A program made the translations under genes and the position numbers. Shown piece by piece: positions 51,902 to 64,000 of a stretch of 64,000 nucleotides of DNA; position 1 is the stretch's first letter, and the number at the start of each line of letters is the position of its first letter. This DNA is from Sphaerodactylus townsendi. Lineage: Eukaryota. The notes below the pieces were generated by a model. That model saw nothing but the letters and a program-made list of their open reading frames with translations. It was not told where the DNA came from and did not search any database. Where the stretch lies: NCBI RefSeq assembly GCF_021028975.2, contig NC_059430.1:108252001-108316000 (forward strand), read 5' to 3'.

Positions 51902-52341
51902 ATGTCAGCTCATTCCCGTATAAAACCAAAAAGGAGCTCCACAAGAAAGCCTCAAGTGAAAATTTTACTGAGGATGATTTAAAACAGCTGCCTGAGTTGA
52001 ACCCTCCTGCATTTATGCCCTTTGGGAATGTGGGCACCCCTGTGGGTGTCTTTTTAGAACTTATCAAAGCTTGTCGCATGCCTACTCGTGCCATCAGGAA
52101 GCTGCAGTTGCAGTTCCCCAAGACTGGATCCTCTCGCAGGTATGGGAATGTGCCATTTATGTATGAGGAAACTGAAACTGTTGTCCAGGAGGAGCGGGTT
52201 TACACAGCAACTGGGGAGGAGATAACAGAAGGTGACCCCCTGCTACAAGTAGGAAGCACAACTGTAAAAGATGACAGGGAAGACAGAGACTGGGAAGATC
52301 TGGAGAAGGAACCAGGAGAAGACAACAGTCATTCGGATGAA
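51902..52341 (+). CDS. GPATCH3: GPATCH3 exon 2
   Basis: tatag|...FPYKTKKE...LKQLPELNPP.FMP.GNVGTP...LQLQFPKTGSSRRYGNVPFMYE...SHSDE|gtaagt. Confidence 0.95.
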
Positions 52342-53154
52342 GTAAGTAGTTTCTCTTCCTCGCAGCAGTTCAGGTAGAGGCCTTTCTTGTCACCTGGTCC
52401 TTTCAACTAGAAATGCTAAGACGTGAACCTGGGACTTTCTGTGTCCAATCAGGTAGTCTATTACTGAGCCAGGTCCCCACTTCCACAAGTCTTCTTTAAT
52501 CACTCAGCTTCATTCTCCCATCCCAGCTGACTAAATGGCTTCTGAAGGCCTCTAGCAGCTTTTCACACAGCCTGCCAGATTACTGACTTGAGGACACACA
52601 TCAATCTATCATCTATTAGAGAACCAGCACAATTAAAGTGTTGGACTAGGATCTGAGTGACCCCCACTTGTATGATGGAAGCTTCCTGCGTAAATTTGGG
52701 CCAGTCACGTACTCTCAGCCTAACTTACCTCACAGGAATATTGTCAGGAGGAATGGAGAATTGTGTGGGTTTATTTGGAACCCATTTGGGTAAAAGTATA
52801 GGATATAAATGAAGTAAATAAGAGGACATCTTCCTATTTCCCCTCACCCCCATCCAAGGAGTTTACATGGTTCTCCCCCTTTATTTCTCACAACAGCTCT
52901 GTGAGGAAGGTTAAGATAAAAGAGTGTGATTATAACACCTAGGAAGGGTCCAAGAATGCCTGAACCAGAAGAATTTTTTTTTAAAGCACAGGATTTTTCT
53001 AATCCTGTTTGAAAGCAATTTTTGGTTGCATGATAAGGGAAATCCAATTGGAAATACTTTGTATACTCTGAAAGGATGATTGTGGAAGAAGTAGTTCACA
53101 AAATCAACATCTGCTCCTGACCATCCCATGTGCAGAAATTTGCTAGGATTAGGG

Positions 53155-53295
53155 CAGTGGCATAGCGCCCACAGGGCAGAAGGCGCAATGCCCTGGGAGG
53201 AGCCGTGGAGGGGGCGATGCAGGGTGGGCGCTGCCGCTGCAGGGGCGCAGGGCAAGCGTGTGCCCCAGGCGCAGTTTCCCCTCGCTCCGCCTCTG
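53155..53295. mobile_element. Short CAGTGGCRTAG-ended hAT-type MITE
   Basis: CAGTGGCATAGCG...CGCTCCGCCTCTG; imperfect 8-bp TSD GATTAGGG/GGTGAGGG. Confidence 0.6.
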
Positions 53296-53441
53296 GGTGA
53301 GGGGTTGTGTCTTAGCAGTCAGCTTGTTCCAGTGGTTTTTCCAGAATCAAAACAGTCAGAGTGGAATTAAATAATGGCGGGGGGAGTGATTAGAACAAAC
53401 CTTTCTGTCATTCATCTGTTTCTGACCTCCCAATCTTGCAG

Positions 53442-53619
53442 GACAATGATAGATGTGAAGAGTGGGAACGGCACGAGGCTTTGCATGAAGACGTCACCAG
53501 CCAGGAGCGCACAAAGGAGCGTCTGTACGAGGAGGAAATCGAACTGAAGTGGGAGAAGGGCGGCTCCGGGCTTGTCTTCTACACAGATGCACAATTCTGG
53601 CATGAAGAAGAGGAAGGAG
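53442..53619 (+). CDS. GPATCH3: GPATCH3 exon 3
   Basis: tgcag|DNDRCEEWERHEALHEDVTSQERTKERLYEEEIELKWEKGGSGLVFYTDAQFWHEEEEG|gtgtg. Confidence 0.93.
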
Positions 53620-55213
53620 GTGTGATGTTGAGGGAGACATTCTAACTTAGATTCTTGCATGGAGATCCTGTTTCACTTTTGCCCTGTCTCTGGGAACTTC
53701 ATGTGGCTTGAAGGGCAGACTTATTAATGATGTACAAAAATTCCAAAATAGATCTATGCCATTAGAATCTGTCTGCTTCCTTTCTTCCATATTTTTGTTT
53801 GTTTGACCTCTCTTCAGCACACTCCTCCCCTTTCCTTCTGTTGGCTACTGCCAGTCCTTTCTGTGGATTTCCTGCTGTCATTTCTTTGTCCAGATGCCAT
53901 AAAGATTTACAAGATGGCATTGATAAGGGGAAGCTCTTTCCCTTGTTTGTTTTATATAAGATTTTTCTCCCAGTTTTCCAAGAAGCTCAGGGCAACATGC
54001 ATGGCACCCCTCCCCCAGTTTTATCCTGGCAGCAGCTGTGTGTGGCTAGGCTAAGTGAGTAATCATAGCAGAGGCCTCCTGGTCATGTTTCCTGGTCATG
54101 TTTCAGCATACTGGATCAATACACTGGCTCTTTCTGTCTGCCTCTGCTTCAGAACCTGCAAAAGGTTATCTAAAGCAGCTACTTGCAGCTTCAGAGAGGT
54201 AAAGCAACATCCTATCCTTTACTTAGCCTACTGCCTATATAGGTGGACTTCTTCTTGTACCCAGCATAGATGAGGGCATATACATTTACGTAACAATGGT
54301 GATGAAGACTGTCACCAAAAGGAACAGAAATAAGGATCCATAGAGATCTTTGGGATTATGTGCGGTGCTGAGAAAATGGGCAGGGAGAATTTGTTTCTCC
54401 CTCTCCTATAATACTACAACTTGGGGGCAAGAGGTAGCCCTGTGAAACCAATTGGCAGTAGATTGAAAGAAGCTTTGCTTCAAACAACCGGCCATTGACT
54501 TGTGGAAGTCACTGCCACAAAATGCAGTGAGGGCTACTGACTGAGATTATTTAAAGACTGGCTGTGCAGATGTATGGAGGCCAGATCCATCATTGGTTGT
54601 TGTCACCATATCCAAATGGTACCTCTGGTTTTACAAGCAAATGGAGACCCAGATAAGGGCTATTGCCAGTGGGCCCTTCTTATGGGCTAGCCTGTGGCAT
54701 TTGGCCACTGATGGGAAGAGTGGGGATTTGGGTCTCTGAGATCCTAGCCCAACACTTGAACAACTGCACCATACTGGTTTGATGCTTCACTACCTAGCAT
54801 TGGCCACAGCTGTGTAAGACTACCTTCCCGTTCATAAGACTTCTGCCACGCCTATGCTTAAGGGCAGCAACAGCCTATGCTTGAGGGTCAAACAGATCTG
54901 GCTTCCCTCTCTACCCCTCTTCCCTCTCTTAAGTTAGAAATTGGTTAAGGCACCATTGGTTGTACTGTATAGGAAACTGCATTGGTTTTATTGTTGATAT
55001 TGTTGTAAGCTGTCCTGAGCTCATCGGGGAAGGACAGTTTGTAAATCAAACTTTAAATAAATATATAAGATTAACATTTTGGGGCGGGGACGATGATTCC
55101 TGTAGTCAGTGCTTGTGCAGAATTCACACAGCCATGAGTGGGTGAGGACTTGACTCAACCTTGATGCAAACTGGAACATGCAAATGCTTGACCCTTCACT
55201 TCTCTTTGTGCAG

Positions 55214-55273
55214 ATTTTGATGAGCAGACTGCAGACGACTGGGACGTGGACATGAGCGTCTACTATGAGAAAG
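55214..55273 (+). CDS. GPATCH3: GPATCH3 exon 4
   Basis: tgcag|(D)FDEQTADDWDVDMSVYYEK|gtact. Confidence 0.93.
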
Positions 55274-56052
55274 GTACTCGAGCCGTCAGTTTACTGCCAC
55301 AGAAGAGAGGGTAGACCAGCGGTCATCTGATGGAGAAGCTTCAGCCAACAGCTTCATTTGCCCTCCTGGCAAGGTTGCAGCTCTAAACATCTTGAACTGC
55401 TGTTCTACCATCTTCACTGGCTTCCAGCGGCCTTCCAGGCACCATTCAAGCTGTCATATGTATTAGTATGGGATTTTTAATCACCCTGCTTTTTTTAATG
55501 ACTAGTTTCTCAAACGTTTGGTATGCATTTATTTATGACTTCTGTAGTTCACTTTTCTCTAAACAGGATCCAGGTGGATTAAAAAGATATTTAAAACCAT
55601 TAATTAACTATGGAACTAGTATATAATAATATGGGAACAACAAGTAATAAAACATCTGTGAAATGACATTAAAAACAGCCAGCTGACAAAAGTGTCCTCT
55701 TAAAGAGTTCTGTCCATATATATTGCATGGATGGAGATCACTGAGGGGGCTCTGCTAGAGTCCTTCCATCAAATCTCTTAAATGCTGAACTAATTCTTCC
55801 AGCATGCCCTGTCTTGCAATTCCATTCTGACTTCCCACAATTCAAAAAGCTAAGGGTGGAACAATTCCCTATAACCTTCCCTTTTGATACTTTGTCTTAT
55901 GCTCAGCAGATGTTGTTGGAGATCTTTTATGGACAAATATTAAGGACTTTCAGTGCACATGTCCTTTTGCCAGCTGTCGGCCCTCCCCTTTCTATCTCCA
56001 TGCCACTTGTGGTTTCTGATATTAAGTGATGTAGAATTTCTTTTCTTTCTAG

Positions 56053-56171
56053 ATGGTGACAAGGATGCTCGGGATTTGGTTCAGATGCGGTTTGAACAGA
56101 GACTCCGGGATGGTTTGGAAGATGGTTCCGTTCTGGGACAGCAAATTGGAACCTTTGAAAAATATACCAAG
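56053..56171 (+). CDS. GPATCH3: GPATCH3 exon 5
   Basis: tctag|(D)GDKDARDLVQMRFEQRLRDGLEDGSVLGQQIGTFEKYTK|gtaag. Confidence 0.95.
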
Positions 56172-56461
56172 GTAAGAACAAGAGATTGGATGTGTTTTGA
56201 TGTCACTAGCAAAAGAAAACTAGCAGTCTTGGAGGAACTTTTTAAAAATTTAAAATGTTAGAAAGTCACAGTCAAAAGGATGCGGGTGGTCTGGTTTGAA
56301 TATGTGTTTGTAATGTAAAGAGGAGGTCAGCGTCCTATTTCGTTCTCAAATAATTACCATCACAGCCTTAATCTTGTTCCCATCCTTAGTGAAGAACTTG
56401 GTTCCTGTTCAGTTGATAATTGGCTTACATTGAGAGGTTTCTCTCCCTGCTCCACCCCCAG

Positions 56462-56589
56462 GGTATTGGCAGGAAAGTGCTAGAGCGGCAAGGCTGGACT
56501 GAAGGCCTCGGCTTGGGTAGCAGCAATTCAGGGATGGCTGAAGCACTCGACAATGAAGGCCAGAATCCCAAATGCAAGAGAGGCTTGGG
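56462..56589 (+). CDS. GPATCH3: GPATCH3 exon 6 (G-patch domain)
   Basis: cccag|GIGRKVLERQGWTEGLGLGSSNSGMAEALDNEGQNPKCKRGLG|gtaag. Confidence 0.95.
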
Positions 56590-56904
56590 GTAAGTATAGC
56601 TGGATCCTGTCTCTCTGTGAGCTACAGCATGAAAATAGAGAACCAGCATGCAGTAGTGGCTAGAGCAGGGGTCTGCAACCTGCGTCTCTCCAGATATTCA
56701 TGGACTACAAATCTCATCAGCCAATTGGCCATGCTGACAGGGGATGATGGGAATTGTAGTCCATGAACATCTGGAAAGCCACAGGTTGCAGATTCCTGGA
56801 CTAGAGTGTCTGCGAGACCTGGATTCAGATCCCTCAAGGAAGCTCGCTGCATAAAATTCAGCCCTTGACTATAAATGGAGATCAAGTGGGAGCTGGTAGT
56901 TGGC

Positions 56905-57560
56905 TGTAGAAATCTTTAAGCATTCCTGGGTGCAGATTTAAAGAGGATTTGACCTGGGGAGTACAGAACTACCAAGCGGTTGGTTAAGAAAGCCCAGCAA
57001 AGACTGTACTTTCTGAGACCCAAAGGAAGCAACAACTAGATGGAAAACTTCTGGTCCCTTTTACGTGCTATAGAGATGTCCCGCAACCTACTGCATCTGT
57101 TTATGGTTCTCCAGTTGCACAGTGGCGAATAGGAAGGCGCTCCAAAGGGTGATCAATACTGCACAAAGCATTATCGGCTGCCCTCTCCCCTCCTTGGAAG
57201 AAATCTATAATGCCCGAAGTCTAAATAAAGCCCAAAATATTCTAAGGGACCCGTCTCATCCAGCACACTCTCTTTTTAAACTGCTACCATCTGGCAGACG
57301 ATACAGGGCCCTCAGAACTAGGACAAGAGGCTTAGAGACAGCTTCTACTCTAGAGCTGTGGCTATGCTAAACTCCGCTGCTTCATATTGATGTATTTGGG
57401 GCTATGTAGGGATGGGTGGAGGATGATGATGTATGAGTCTGAAATTGCATGAGTCTGAAATTGTATGAGTCTGAAATTGTGTGCATCGAGGAATGCTGCT
57501 GTAAATTTCGTTGTGCGTGCACAATGACAATAAAATGCTTATGCTTATGCTTATGCTTAT
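56905..57560 (+). mobile_element. Rex1/Babar LINE 3' end inserted in a SINE
   Basis: RKALQRVINTAQSIIG.PLPSL...DPSHPAHSLFKLLPSGRRYR; (ATGCTT)n tail after AATAAA. Confidence 0.8.
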
Positions 57561-58072
57561 AACTCTCTTAGCCTGCCTTACCTGACAGGGGGTAGTTGTG
57601 GGGATAAAATTGAAGACAGTGCTGATGAAAGATGCTTTGGGCCTTCCATTGGGGAGAAAAGCGGGGTATAAAATGTGTCAGAGCTAGATAACTATGTTAA
57701 ATGTTTCTGAGTTCAGTAGCACTTTAGACACAAAGAGTTTTGAGCTTTCGAGTGCCAGAGTTCCCTTTACCACAGACTGACATCTGACAGAGGGAGCTCT
57801 GACCCTAGAAAACTTATACTCAGAAAATCTTGTTGGTGTCTAAAGTGCTGCTGGACTTAAATGTACTGCAGACCAACCAAGCTACCCTCTTGAAACAGAA
57901 ATGTTTAAATCTCCCTAACTAAGGAAAATGTCAGGAGAGTGCTGCAAAATTTAGCTGTTATTTTTTCACAAGTAGGAGTCCAACCATGTGCATTGTATTG
58001 GTTTGTGGTTCCATATGTCAGCAGTGGCATAAGCCATGCGTTGGAAGGTGTTAATGGTTGCCAGTTGACTAA

Positions 58073-58213
58073 GGCTCCTTCCGCACATGCAGAATAATGC
58101 ACTTTCAAACTGCTTTCAGTGCTCTTTGAAGCTGTGTGGAATAGCAAAATCCACTTGCAAACAGTTGTGAAAGTGGTTTGAAAACATATTATTCTGCGTG
58201 TGCGGAAGGGGCC
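58073..58213. mobile_element. Palindromic Harbinger-like MITE
   Basis: GGCTCCTTCCGCACATGCAGAATAAT...ATTATTCTGCGTGTGCGGAAGGGGCC. Confidence 0.7.
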
Positions 58214-59159
58214 TATACGTATGTGACCCAGATTGACTTACTCAGAACCTCACCATCCTTCACTGAAGCCTTCAATGTAATGTTCAGCATCAACTAGGTG
58301 AATCAACACGCAAATACAATTGTTGGCTGGTTTCACCTACAGCTGAACCTTTGCAAAATTTGGAGTCTTCCTAACCAGTGTGATGGGTGGGCAAGGGGGT
58401 GGAGTGGAAGATACTGGCACATGGATATTTAAAAGAGCCACATTGAACATCAGAGAAGAGACAGGAAGCCATCTGGGGTTTAGAAGCTTCCCCTAATTCA
58501 GCTGCGCCCCAAGCAACCCTTGCTTAGGCCATTCATCCACAGAGCTCTAGTACTGTGATATTTATTTGTGGAGCCCCAAGGATTAAATATGCAAAACCGG
58601 TTTCTGAGTCAGGAATGTATGACATCTCTCTTTTCCTGTCAAATTTGATTAGTGAGTGAAATGGCAATGGACAAACAGTCTCGAAGTGATGCCACTCTGT
58701 GTTTGTTTATTTTATTTTATTAAATTTAATATCCCACCCTCGGCAGGGCTCAGGGCAGCTGACAGCCATAATTTAATAACACTTATCAAAAATAATTAGC
58801 ATAACTAAACTTTAAAACACTATTAACCATATCAGTGATGAATAATGAGTTTCCAGGTGACCCCCACATAGCCTAAAAAACGTTTAATCCCTGTCCCATT
58901 TACATAACTAATCCTTAATTACTAGCAAATGGATGCAGGGGAGGGGTCCACTCGGTGGCCAATAAGATGGAACGGACTCATGGCTGCCTCAGTCAAAGAC
59001 CTGGCAGAACACCTCTGTCTTACAGGCCCTGCAGAACTAGTTAAAGTCCCATAGGGCCCTGGTGACAGCTGGGAGGGAGTTCCACCAGGCTGGGGCCAGG
59101 GCTGAGAAGGGTTAGGATTAGTTTGAAGACTTTGTTCTCCTTCCTTCACTTTTCCTTAG

Positions 59160-59364
59160 GTACCACGGCGAGAAACTCCAGACTTTCATCAAGCCCAAGA
59201 GACTTTGCAGGGACCACCAAGTTCTCATATCCACCATTTATGATGACCCCCATCCTGTGGACACAGGAGAGCAGTTGCTTCGGCGCTCACAGCCAACAAG
59301 CATGAAGTATCGGCAAGAGGTGGCATTCATCCACAGTGTGCATCACAGCTCCAGTTCCTCATGA
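59160..59364 (+). CDS. GPATCH3: GPATCH3 exon 7 (last)
   Basis: cttag|YHGEKLQTF...LISTIYDDPHPVDTGEQLLRRSQPTSMKYR...SSSSS*; total CDS 1464 nt. Confidence 0.93.
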
Positions 59365-60105
59365 GAAGCACAGCAGCCTTCCAACAAGGACTGGGGATTT
59401 GGGGTCTTTCTCTTTTTAATTAAGTTTTTTTAAAAGAAAACAGCAGATATGGTCCTGTCAAACCCTGGGAATTACTGGGCCATTGTTTATTAAAAACAAT
59501 CCAATTTTTAACGCATCTGTTTCACAGGATCCTTCTTTCCCTCTTTTCTTATAAGTTCTTTTTGAGAAGAGTGGTAGGTTCCATATTCTTGGATTCGTCA
59601 GTTCCAGAGTCTCGTTAGGCATATTTGTGCGGCAATCACTGAAGATGTAATGGGTTGTATATCTTCAATCACAACATCATTCTTAAAGAATTCTAACAGG
59701 AGCCCCTTCAGTTTCAGGATTGTTTTGTACTGAATGAAGCAGTTCAGCATTAACTCTAAACTTAGCTTTGGCAAAGGAATATCCTCTGTAATCCTTGCTA
59801 CTTGCAAAGGCGCTCTTGTTCTCAGCAAGAAATATGAGGTGGGGCAATATGTATAAATGGAAGGTGTTATGGAAGGAGTGGGGGTAACAGTGTCTTTGTT
59901 CCTTGGAAACCCCTTTAGACCAAAGGTTTCCTAGAAAACACTCTGGCAATCAGCCGCCACCATTCAGGGACCTCTTAACAACATCTAGACTAACCTGCTG
60001 AGAAGGTATTCTTCTAGTTCTGTACTAGAGAAATAATGAAGTGACAGGGTAGAAACTCTACAGAACACCTTATAACCAGCTATGTAGAACTCACATGATC
60101 TAGCA

Positions 60106-60272
60106 CAGCGGTTCTCAACCTGTGCATCACGACCCCTTTCACAGGGGTCGCCTAAGACTCTCTGTATCAGTGTTCTCCATCTGTAAAATGGATAAATGTT
60201 AGTGTTAGGGGTCACCACAACATGAGGAACTGTATGAAACGGTCACGGCATTAGGAAGGTTGAGAACCACTG
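60106..60272. mobile_element. SPIN-like hAT MITE, second copy
   Basis: Same termini and interior as 44494-44680; TSD ATCTAGCA. Confidence 0.8.
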
Positions 60273-60697
60273 ATCTAGCATGAGTTGAAGAGATTAAGAG
60301 AAATATCTTAGAGAAGGACATTATACTTCGCAGAGCCAAAACAAATTATTTATAAAAAGATCAGTTATAGAAGAGAAAAGAAGGAAATAGGTAATTGGGT
60401 TCAAAATACAGGGTAAACAAACAACATACACCACAAAGATTTTCAAATAAAAAGTGATAAATGGAACAAAGTCAGCAAAGAACACATTACCTAGGCTGTA
60501 ATTACTTTCTCAGGGCATGTACAAGATGCTGAAAGAGTCCTTAATTTCAACACAGCCTCCTGTGGACTCCAGTTTCCATAGAAGACAAGGGAAAGGGCCT
60601 AAAGGTATAGTTAATGTATCTAATCCAGCCTCCTTTCTAAGAATGATGAGCTGATTTATTGAATCCTAGGCAAAGCCCATTCTTTGATATCAAAGGA

Positions 60698-61168
60698 TGT
60701 AGGGGTGAGCCCGCGAACCCGGCAGAACCGTAGAAGGAGCGCTAGGCGTGCCGGCTACGGCCTTCCGGGCGCACACGCTCCCCCAACCCCCGCTCCCCCA
60801 TGAGTCACGGGTCGTGAACTGCCTGACTCGCGGTCACCAGGTGTCCCACACAAAGGGACACAAAGGCTCCTGCCCTCAGGTGAAGATTAGGCTCAGACAT
60901 GGATGCTTCCTCCCGCACGTAGCAGCCCGATGAGATCATGCATCACATGATGATCTCCCGCTCTCCTGATCTCCCGACCTCCCGTTCTCCCGCCTGTCCG
61001 ACCCCTTTTACACGCCCCCATTGAAACCCTAATAAAAGGTGTGAGGGGCGAGCGCATGGCAGAGTTGCCAGGATCACAGGATCCCGCACTTCCTGCTTGC
61101 TGGCTCTCTCCACCAGATGAAATCTCCGCGTGTCATCTCTTCCCTGGGACCTCGTGGGTACGACTACA
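60698..61168 (+). mobile_element. Single LTR related to the ERV at 38.4-39.5 kb
   Basis: TGTAG...CGACTACA; shares blocks ATGAGTCACGGGTC, GATTAGGCTCAGAC, GAGATCATGCATCA and AATAAAAGGTG; no clear TSD. Confidence 0.8.
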
Positions 61169-61894
61169 AGCGGTTACTGTTACCAATTGGAGATTTGCAA
61201 AATAATAGTCCCACCTCCATCTAGCATCTGGTAATGGCTCTGAACTTCCACAACAAATAGAAGACTTGGCCCAACCAGATTGTCCTTTGAACGGAATTAA
61301 CTCTGACAGGATGGTCCAGTGAGGAATGGAAATGAATTGGTTGTTCTGATGTACTCCTTATAAAGGAAAGTGTAGTGAAGGAATTCTGGCATATAAATAC
61401 CCTATGAAGTGCAAATGTGGTTTTAAGCAAAGTTAAGGTTCTCCACAGTTTCTAAATAAGGTTAAATCCATGTACAGAAGCTGGGGGTAGGTGGGAGAGC
61501 AAACCTACATGGGGCTGAGCGTATTCAGACAGAACTGTGACTAGCCCAAGGTCACCCAGCAGGCTTCATATGTAGGAGCAGGGAAACAAATCCAGTTCAC
61601 AAGATAAAGAGTCTGTGGCTCATGTGGAGGAGTGGGGAATCATACCTGCTTTTCCACATAAGAGTCCACCACTTCTAACCACTACGCCACACTGCCTCTC
61701 TTGGCTGTTTTGGTGGTTGGAGTTCATGGCATTATACCTTGCTGAGATCCCTCCCCCAAGCTGCAGGAATTCCCAGACCAGGAGCTGCCAAGCCTAGGAG
61801 CCACTCGTTTTTTCTCCTATTAATCAAATTCAGCACAATTCCCACACCTATTCCCACAATTCCCACATGGGACTCGGCAATACTTGTAATGTCT

Positions 61895-62160
61895 GGTGTG
61901 TTGTGGGTTTTCCAAGTTGTATGGCTGTGTTCCAGTAGCATTTTCTCCAGACGTTTCACCTTCATCTGTGGCTGGCATCTAGAGAATCTGATGATAGTAA
62001 TATATATATATATTTATATATATACACACACATACACACACACCCCTGTGGAATGTCCAGGGTGGGAGAAAGAATTATTTGCATTGGTTCACAAATGTAA
62101 TGGTTACAATTAGCAAGTGTGATTTGCACGTGTTGAATGGGATCCATCCATTTTAGCATA
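61895..62160 (-). mobile_element. Penelope (Poseidon-type) terminal-repeat remnant
   Basis: GACGTTTCACCTTCATCTGTGGCTGGCATC block, a degenerate hammerhead-like motif on the minus strand. Confidence 0.6.
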
Positions 62161-63079
62161 TGTAAGTAATGTCCTCCCTCAGCCGCCAAGGGGCGAGCAA
62201 GAACAAAATAAGCTCCACCGCTTCCACTTGTGTCCTGTAGAGGGCGATCTCTGCGCAGGTTATTCCCGGGGTCGAAGAGCGCTTGGGATCCTTGTAGCTT
62301 CGGCCCACGTTTCCTTACGGACGAGGATGCTGGTTGCACGTTGTGTCTCGCCGCAGGCATCCCAAAGGCTACACCGATATCACTCTGCACCTATGCAGAC
62401 TCAATGCCAGCAGTAGTAGCTTTTCCATTTTCCCCGAAGCACAGCCTATGTAGACTTTTTTGTCCTCTTTTTCTGTGTTGCATCTGCTTGGGAGGTGAGT
62501 TGCATTTGCTCCGGTTTCTGCTCGTCGCCTCCCTGCCCTTGTGTGTTTTTTATTTGTTCCCCCGTCCATTTAATGGCAACATAACGCCTTTCTCTTAAGC
62601 ATGGTTGTGTGCATTCAGCTGTGTGGGGTGAGTTTATGATGTACCTTGCATAGGGTCCCTACACACAACTGCAAAGGCCCGGGGAGTTCCCACAAGCAGC
62701 ACCTGCAGGAGATGCTCTGTTTGTTTCCTTCTTCCTTTCCCAAAAATCCTTGAGCGTCAGAAATTGCACAAGGAAATTCCGAAGAAATTGGAAATCTCTC
62801 TGCCATAATCAAGCATCACAGCAATAGAGATTATAGTTATGTTATTGTTTGTTAAATATATATTCTGCTACTTTGATAACCTCCAAATATTGTTCTCAGG
62901 TGGTCAGGAGCCAAGAAAGGAGGACGCGAAAATGGGTGAACTGTGAAACATTTGGGCTTTGACTGCTACGTAATGGTGAGAAACAACCATGGTATTGTAG
63001 CCTGTTTTCAAGGATGAAAGTTGTTGGAAAATCTGAACAAATGAATTTATAATATAAATGTGTTCTACTTAGCTATAAA

Positions 63080-63080
<1 letters not shown>

Positions 63081-63131
<51 letters not shown>
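63081..63131. repeat. (TTA)n microsatellite
   Basis: Direct inspection. Confidence 0.95.
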
Positions 63132-63133
<2 letters not shown>

Positions 63134-63476
63134 TGTTTGACTTTTATACCGCCCACCCCCGGAGGTGGTATAAAAGTCAATGAAGCTCGTGTTTTAAGTT
63201 GGAGAAGTATGAAGTAGTATGGAGCAGGTGGCTTTTTAAAAAGCTGTGTACGTTTATGAGCAAATCCCACTACCCAAAAAATTGGTGACTGCTGCAGTGC
63301 TGCTTCAAATGGAGTTTCAGGGCCATTGCCGTGCTAAGCAGAATCATTTTAAGTCCATTGAAGTTGGCTTAGGGCTGCAATGTTAATATCTCAGTTAACA
63401 AGCAGGGAGGAACAGAAGAAGAGTTTGGATTTATACCCTGCTTTTCTCTCCTGTGAGGAGTCTCAAAACAGCTCAC

Positions 63477-63890
63477 TAATAACATACCGGGCCTAAATGG
63501 GACCCGGGGACATGACTGGCTCCCTGCCCCCTGCTCCCTGCCCCCCCCTCCCCTCCGGCCTGGCTCCTCGCACCCTATTTATGGGATCCAGCAGGGAGGC
63601 CAGGGGAGGGCGTGGCTCAGACGTGGTTTGGACGGACGCCACAGCAGCAGGCCGGTCCTGGGCTCCCCAGCCTCCCTTGGGGGGGCAGGAGACAGCCTAC
63701 CCCCCCAAGGGACAACCAACTCAGCCAGCGAGCAGCGCCCCAGCACGGGGGGAGCCACCAGGCGCCAGTCGGGTTGTCGTGCCACAGGAGAGGCTGGGTC
63801 CCTGTGCCCAGCACCCCCGCCCCCACATGACAAAACGGCATGCACCCGGGACATGGGATACCCCATATCTCCATGGGCGGTACACTCCTG
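63477..63890. mobile_element. hAT-type element with GC-rich cargo, inserted in a SINE
   Basis: 3' end similar to 32805-32848; TSD CAGCTCAC/AAGCTCAC (7/8). Confidence 0.6.
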
Positions 63891-64000
63891 AAGCTCACAA
63901 CTCCTTCTCTTCCTCTCTCCACAGCAGACACCATGTGAGGTAGGTGGAACAGAGAGAATTCTGAGAGAACTGTGACTGTCCCATGGTCACCCAGCGGGCT

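Larger units (their letters stand above)
59580..61450 (-). mobile_element. Old L1/Tx1-like remnant interrupted by a MITE and an LTR
   Basis: Degenerate ORF2 C-terminal motifs on the reverse strand (ITSSVIAAQICLTRLW); AT-rich. Confidence 0.45.

Noticed and set aside
38407-61168. Inversion of NR0B2-GPATCH3 between the two oppositely oriented LTRs
   Set aside because: The left element keeps both matching TSDs and the LTRs are only moderately similar.

Overview
Vertebrate genomic DNA, inferred to be a squamate and probably a gecko from its Sauria-type SINEs, CR1, Penelope and hAT MITE repertoire. Four protein-coding genes, all on +, were reconstructed by hand from GT-AG boundaries and protein recognition: the last two exons of KDF1 (3280-6038), NUDC (9 exons, 20666-~36764), NR0B2/SHP (2 exons, 41747-46625, 249 aa) and GPATCH3 (7 exons, 50311-59364, 487 aa). 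The rest is intron or intergenic DNA dense in transposons. Most ORFs in the supplied track are spurious. Highlights: (1) a hAT-type element with an 8-bp TSD in NUDC intron 6 has captured exon 1 of GRK2 with its splice donor, and appears to belong to a family sharing termini but carrying different cargo (Pack-TE-like behaviour); (2) the terminal exons of NUDC and KDF1 are frameshifted, either really or through assembly error; (3) NUDC is co-oriented with its neighbours, unlike the mammalian arrangement as I recall it; (4) an internally deleted betaretrovirus-like provirus with a tRNA-Phe PBS; (5) the SHP promoter retains an FXR IR-1 and LRH-1 sites; (6) a CpG-rich motif array with a CTCF site lies upstream of NUDC. 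All homology calls are from memory of the families, not from database searches.
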